From: Harriotta raleighana
Lineage: Eukaryota
NCBI GenBank assembly: GCA_050575255.1
Contig: JBNZDD010013686.1
Location: 2,756,293 to 2,820,292, forward strand
Reading direction: 5' to 3'
DNA length: 64,000 bases
In this document: positions 61,775-64,000 of the stretch, piece by piece
Position numbering within the stretch: the first letter of the stretch is position 1
How the letters are laid out: each line of letters opens with the position of its first letter
Made by a program: the position numbers and the translations under genes
The notes under the pieces: generated by a model
Seen by the model: only the letters and a program-made list of their open reading frames with translations
Told to the model about the DNA's origin: nothing
Databases searched by the model: none

Positions 61775-62010
61775 GATTGGGTGGTGCCTGTGGGTTAGTA
61801 CACTACCCTTTCACCTCTGGGACCCAGGCTGTAAGCCAGCCTACACTGATGCAATGAAAGTCTTCTGTCCAGTTGTGCAAATCCTGCACAAAATGTGTTT
61901 GTGCAGTTTTGATTTGGTTCCAAGTGATACATACACTCGGCATAGAATTGATCAGATTTGGACATGGATTACATTAAAACTTGGACTATGCCGATCAGAT
62001 GCAACCATGG
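61775..62010 (+). mobile_element. Ancient tRNA-derived SINE family B (LF-SINE-like); other copies at 14488-14690, 30150-30400 and 53180-53270
   Basis: Head motif ct(a/g)c(c/t)cttt(c/t)acctct(g/a)g..gacc(c/t)agg..(t/g)ccag shared at 14495, 53195 and 61803; body motif gaaatg..cagttcc(t/a)agtg shared between copies. Confidence 0.55.
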
Positions 62011-62025
62011 TTTTGCCATGGGAAA

Positions 62026-62480
62026 CAACAAACAACAACAAAATTACATTTATAGAACGACTTTCACATCGGGAGGACATTCCAAGGCACTGAAATGGGA
62101 ATTTAAAAAATACACAGGTGGTTTGGGAAGCGTTTTGTCAGTTTGGTGTTACGCACATGTTGCTGGAGTGTGAGAGAGATAAATTTGTTTTGCCGTTAGT
62201 TTATCAAACGCAAAGATTACTATCCAAAAGTGTTTCAACGCTAACAACAACAAAATTACATTTGTATAGTGCCCTTCATGTCAGAAGGACATTGCAAGGT
62301 GCTGACGACAACAATTTGTATTTATATAGCATCCTTCATGCCAGGACGCATCCATGTTGATCCTAGGTGGTAAAACTGAAGTCATTTCTTTCTTGCACAC
62401 TGATGACAACAACAACAAAATGCAACAAAATTACATTTGTTCAGCGTCTTTCGTGTCGGGAGAACGTTCCCCAAAGTTGC
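62026..62480 (-). mobile_element. Cluster of four short L2 3'-tail fragments
   Basis: Repeated (aac)n-aaattacattt(a/g)tata-gc-cc(t)ttca(c/t)gtc-ggaggac at ~62030, 62242, 62306 and 62405. Confidence 0.75.
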
Positions 62481-64000
62481 AGATGTCATTTCACCACTCT
62501 ACCACCAAAGAAAAGTCGGACTTATGCGAGCATTTAAAAAAATTGTTTTGGAGCAAAGCTTCATCGACTTCATTTTGTAGTCTAATCTCAGTGTTGTTAC
62601 TCAGAAGCGTAGATTCCATTTCATGACACGACTACAATTTGAGATAAACTTTGTTTCACTGTCACAACATCAAAATCTTTACAAATATATATATTTTGTC
62701 TTAAATTCCAGTTCTTCAACAGTTGGTTTGCTTGAATGCTGCAGTACCATTTAAAGTGGTCATCCTCCCTTTCTCTCTGCAAGAAATAACAGTCAACAAA
62801 AAAAAGTGCTGTACTGGGGAAAAATAATGACTGCTGTTGGGAATCCTCATTTGCAAAAGAAAAGACAACTTTTGCTGTGATAGTTTTTGCTTCTGGGCAT
62901 TCCTAAGTTTTAAGCCCCATTTCTCACGATAATATTACTTATTCTGCCATGCAAAGTCTTGTGTGCTATCACTGAATACAAACTAGCAATGCTGGGTTCT
63001 TGTTGAGCCACAATGAAAGGGATTTTTCTGGCTTCACTGCCCCTGTAATAATGTGGAAATCCTTCATCATCACAAATAGAAAGATGTAAAATGCATTGTT
63101 GTGGCTGATCACTGACTAACAAGTACAGTATATGTTTTACTTTTACAACCCACCTACAAACACAGCGGCACTGCACTTTACAATAAAATCCTGGAAAGCT
63201 TGTTGACGCATTTCATCGACATAGGGCATTAAGTCAAATGCAAGGATTATTACTATTATCATTAATGACATAAGCAGTCCATATCATGGCATCCATGCTA
63301 TTTAACAGCTGCTCACAAGAAACAAATATCATACTTCCGACACCTTCTAATGTTTTTAAGGTGTATTTTTGCGTGAGGCTATTGTATTCCCTTCAAAAGA
63401 CAAAATAATATATTATATCAGCAACATTCAGAATCTGGAGCAGCCCTCACAGTCAAAATCAATATACGCAGGGACACTAGATGGCAGTCTCAGAGGTCAT
63501 TCGGATGGCTATGTTGCTTTGTTTTATGTAACTATAAAGTAATTGATCAGATGTGAGATTGTGTCCAATCGCATCCAATTTCTGTGAAAGCACCAACGCA
63601 TTTTCTGTTGACTGCAAAATTCCATGATGCTTAACTGTACCTGATTCTACAATGTATTTTCTCTGTGCCCGTTTCGCCATGGTTGTGGGGGAAGTGAGGG
63701 TGGATTTCAATCAGGCTGCAGTTAACAAGTAAGTACTTTTCTTCCTGTTGTTCAAGCTTTTGTGGCAATATTTACCTCCCACCATCTGTGGCTCAAAATT
63801 TCTCAATGTTGCAACCTTAAAAGCCTTAAGATGTAAGAACCTGCAGTATTTTGAAAAATAACAGTTAGAAGTTTAAGAACAGCAGAAAAACGCGGCTTCC
63901 AAATCAAGACAGGATTTAAGGATTCTGCATGTTCCCACTTTTAAAGCTAATGGTCATGAGGGCTGAGACCATGAGACATTATGGGACATGATGGGAAATA

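Noticed and set aside
63641-63728. Possible first exons around CCATGG at 63677-63682 (+: GCCATGG..AA|GTAAGT, MVVGEVRVDFNQAAVN; -: ACCATGG..CAG|GTACAG, MAKRAQRKYIVES)
   Set aside because: Short, equally plausible on both strands, with no recognisable peptide or partner exon in the window.

Overview
AT-rich vertebrate genomic DNA. The repeat content (L2 and CR1 LINEs, a tRNA-derived SINE with an L2-type tail, DeuSINE- and LF-SINE-like relics) suggests a cartilaginous fish, probably a chimaera; this is inference. The main result is a complete 12-coding-exon gene on the - strand (12635..970) that I reconstructed by hand from splice sites, most of which the ORF track misses. All 11 introns are GT-AG and phase-consistent, giving 4065 nt or 1354 aa. 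The product is a type-I membrane protein I do not recognise: signal peptide, RRFPR furin-like site, a ~325-aa acidic ectodomain built from nine symmetric phase-1 exons, one TM helix, and a ~980-aa Ser/Pro/His-rich cytoplasmic tail with degenerate ~19-aa SxHSH repeats. RFX- and CRE-like motifs lie just upstream. From about 14 to 64 kb I find no convincing coding exons, only transposon relics, palindromic elements, a Tc1/mariner-type MITE, candidate conserved-noncoding/enhancer blocks and N-flanked duplications that look like assembly artefacts.
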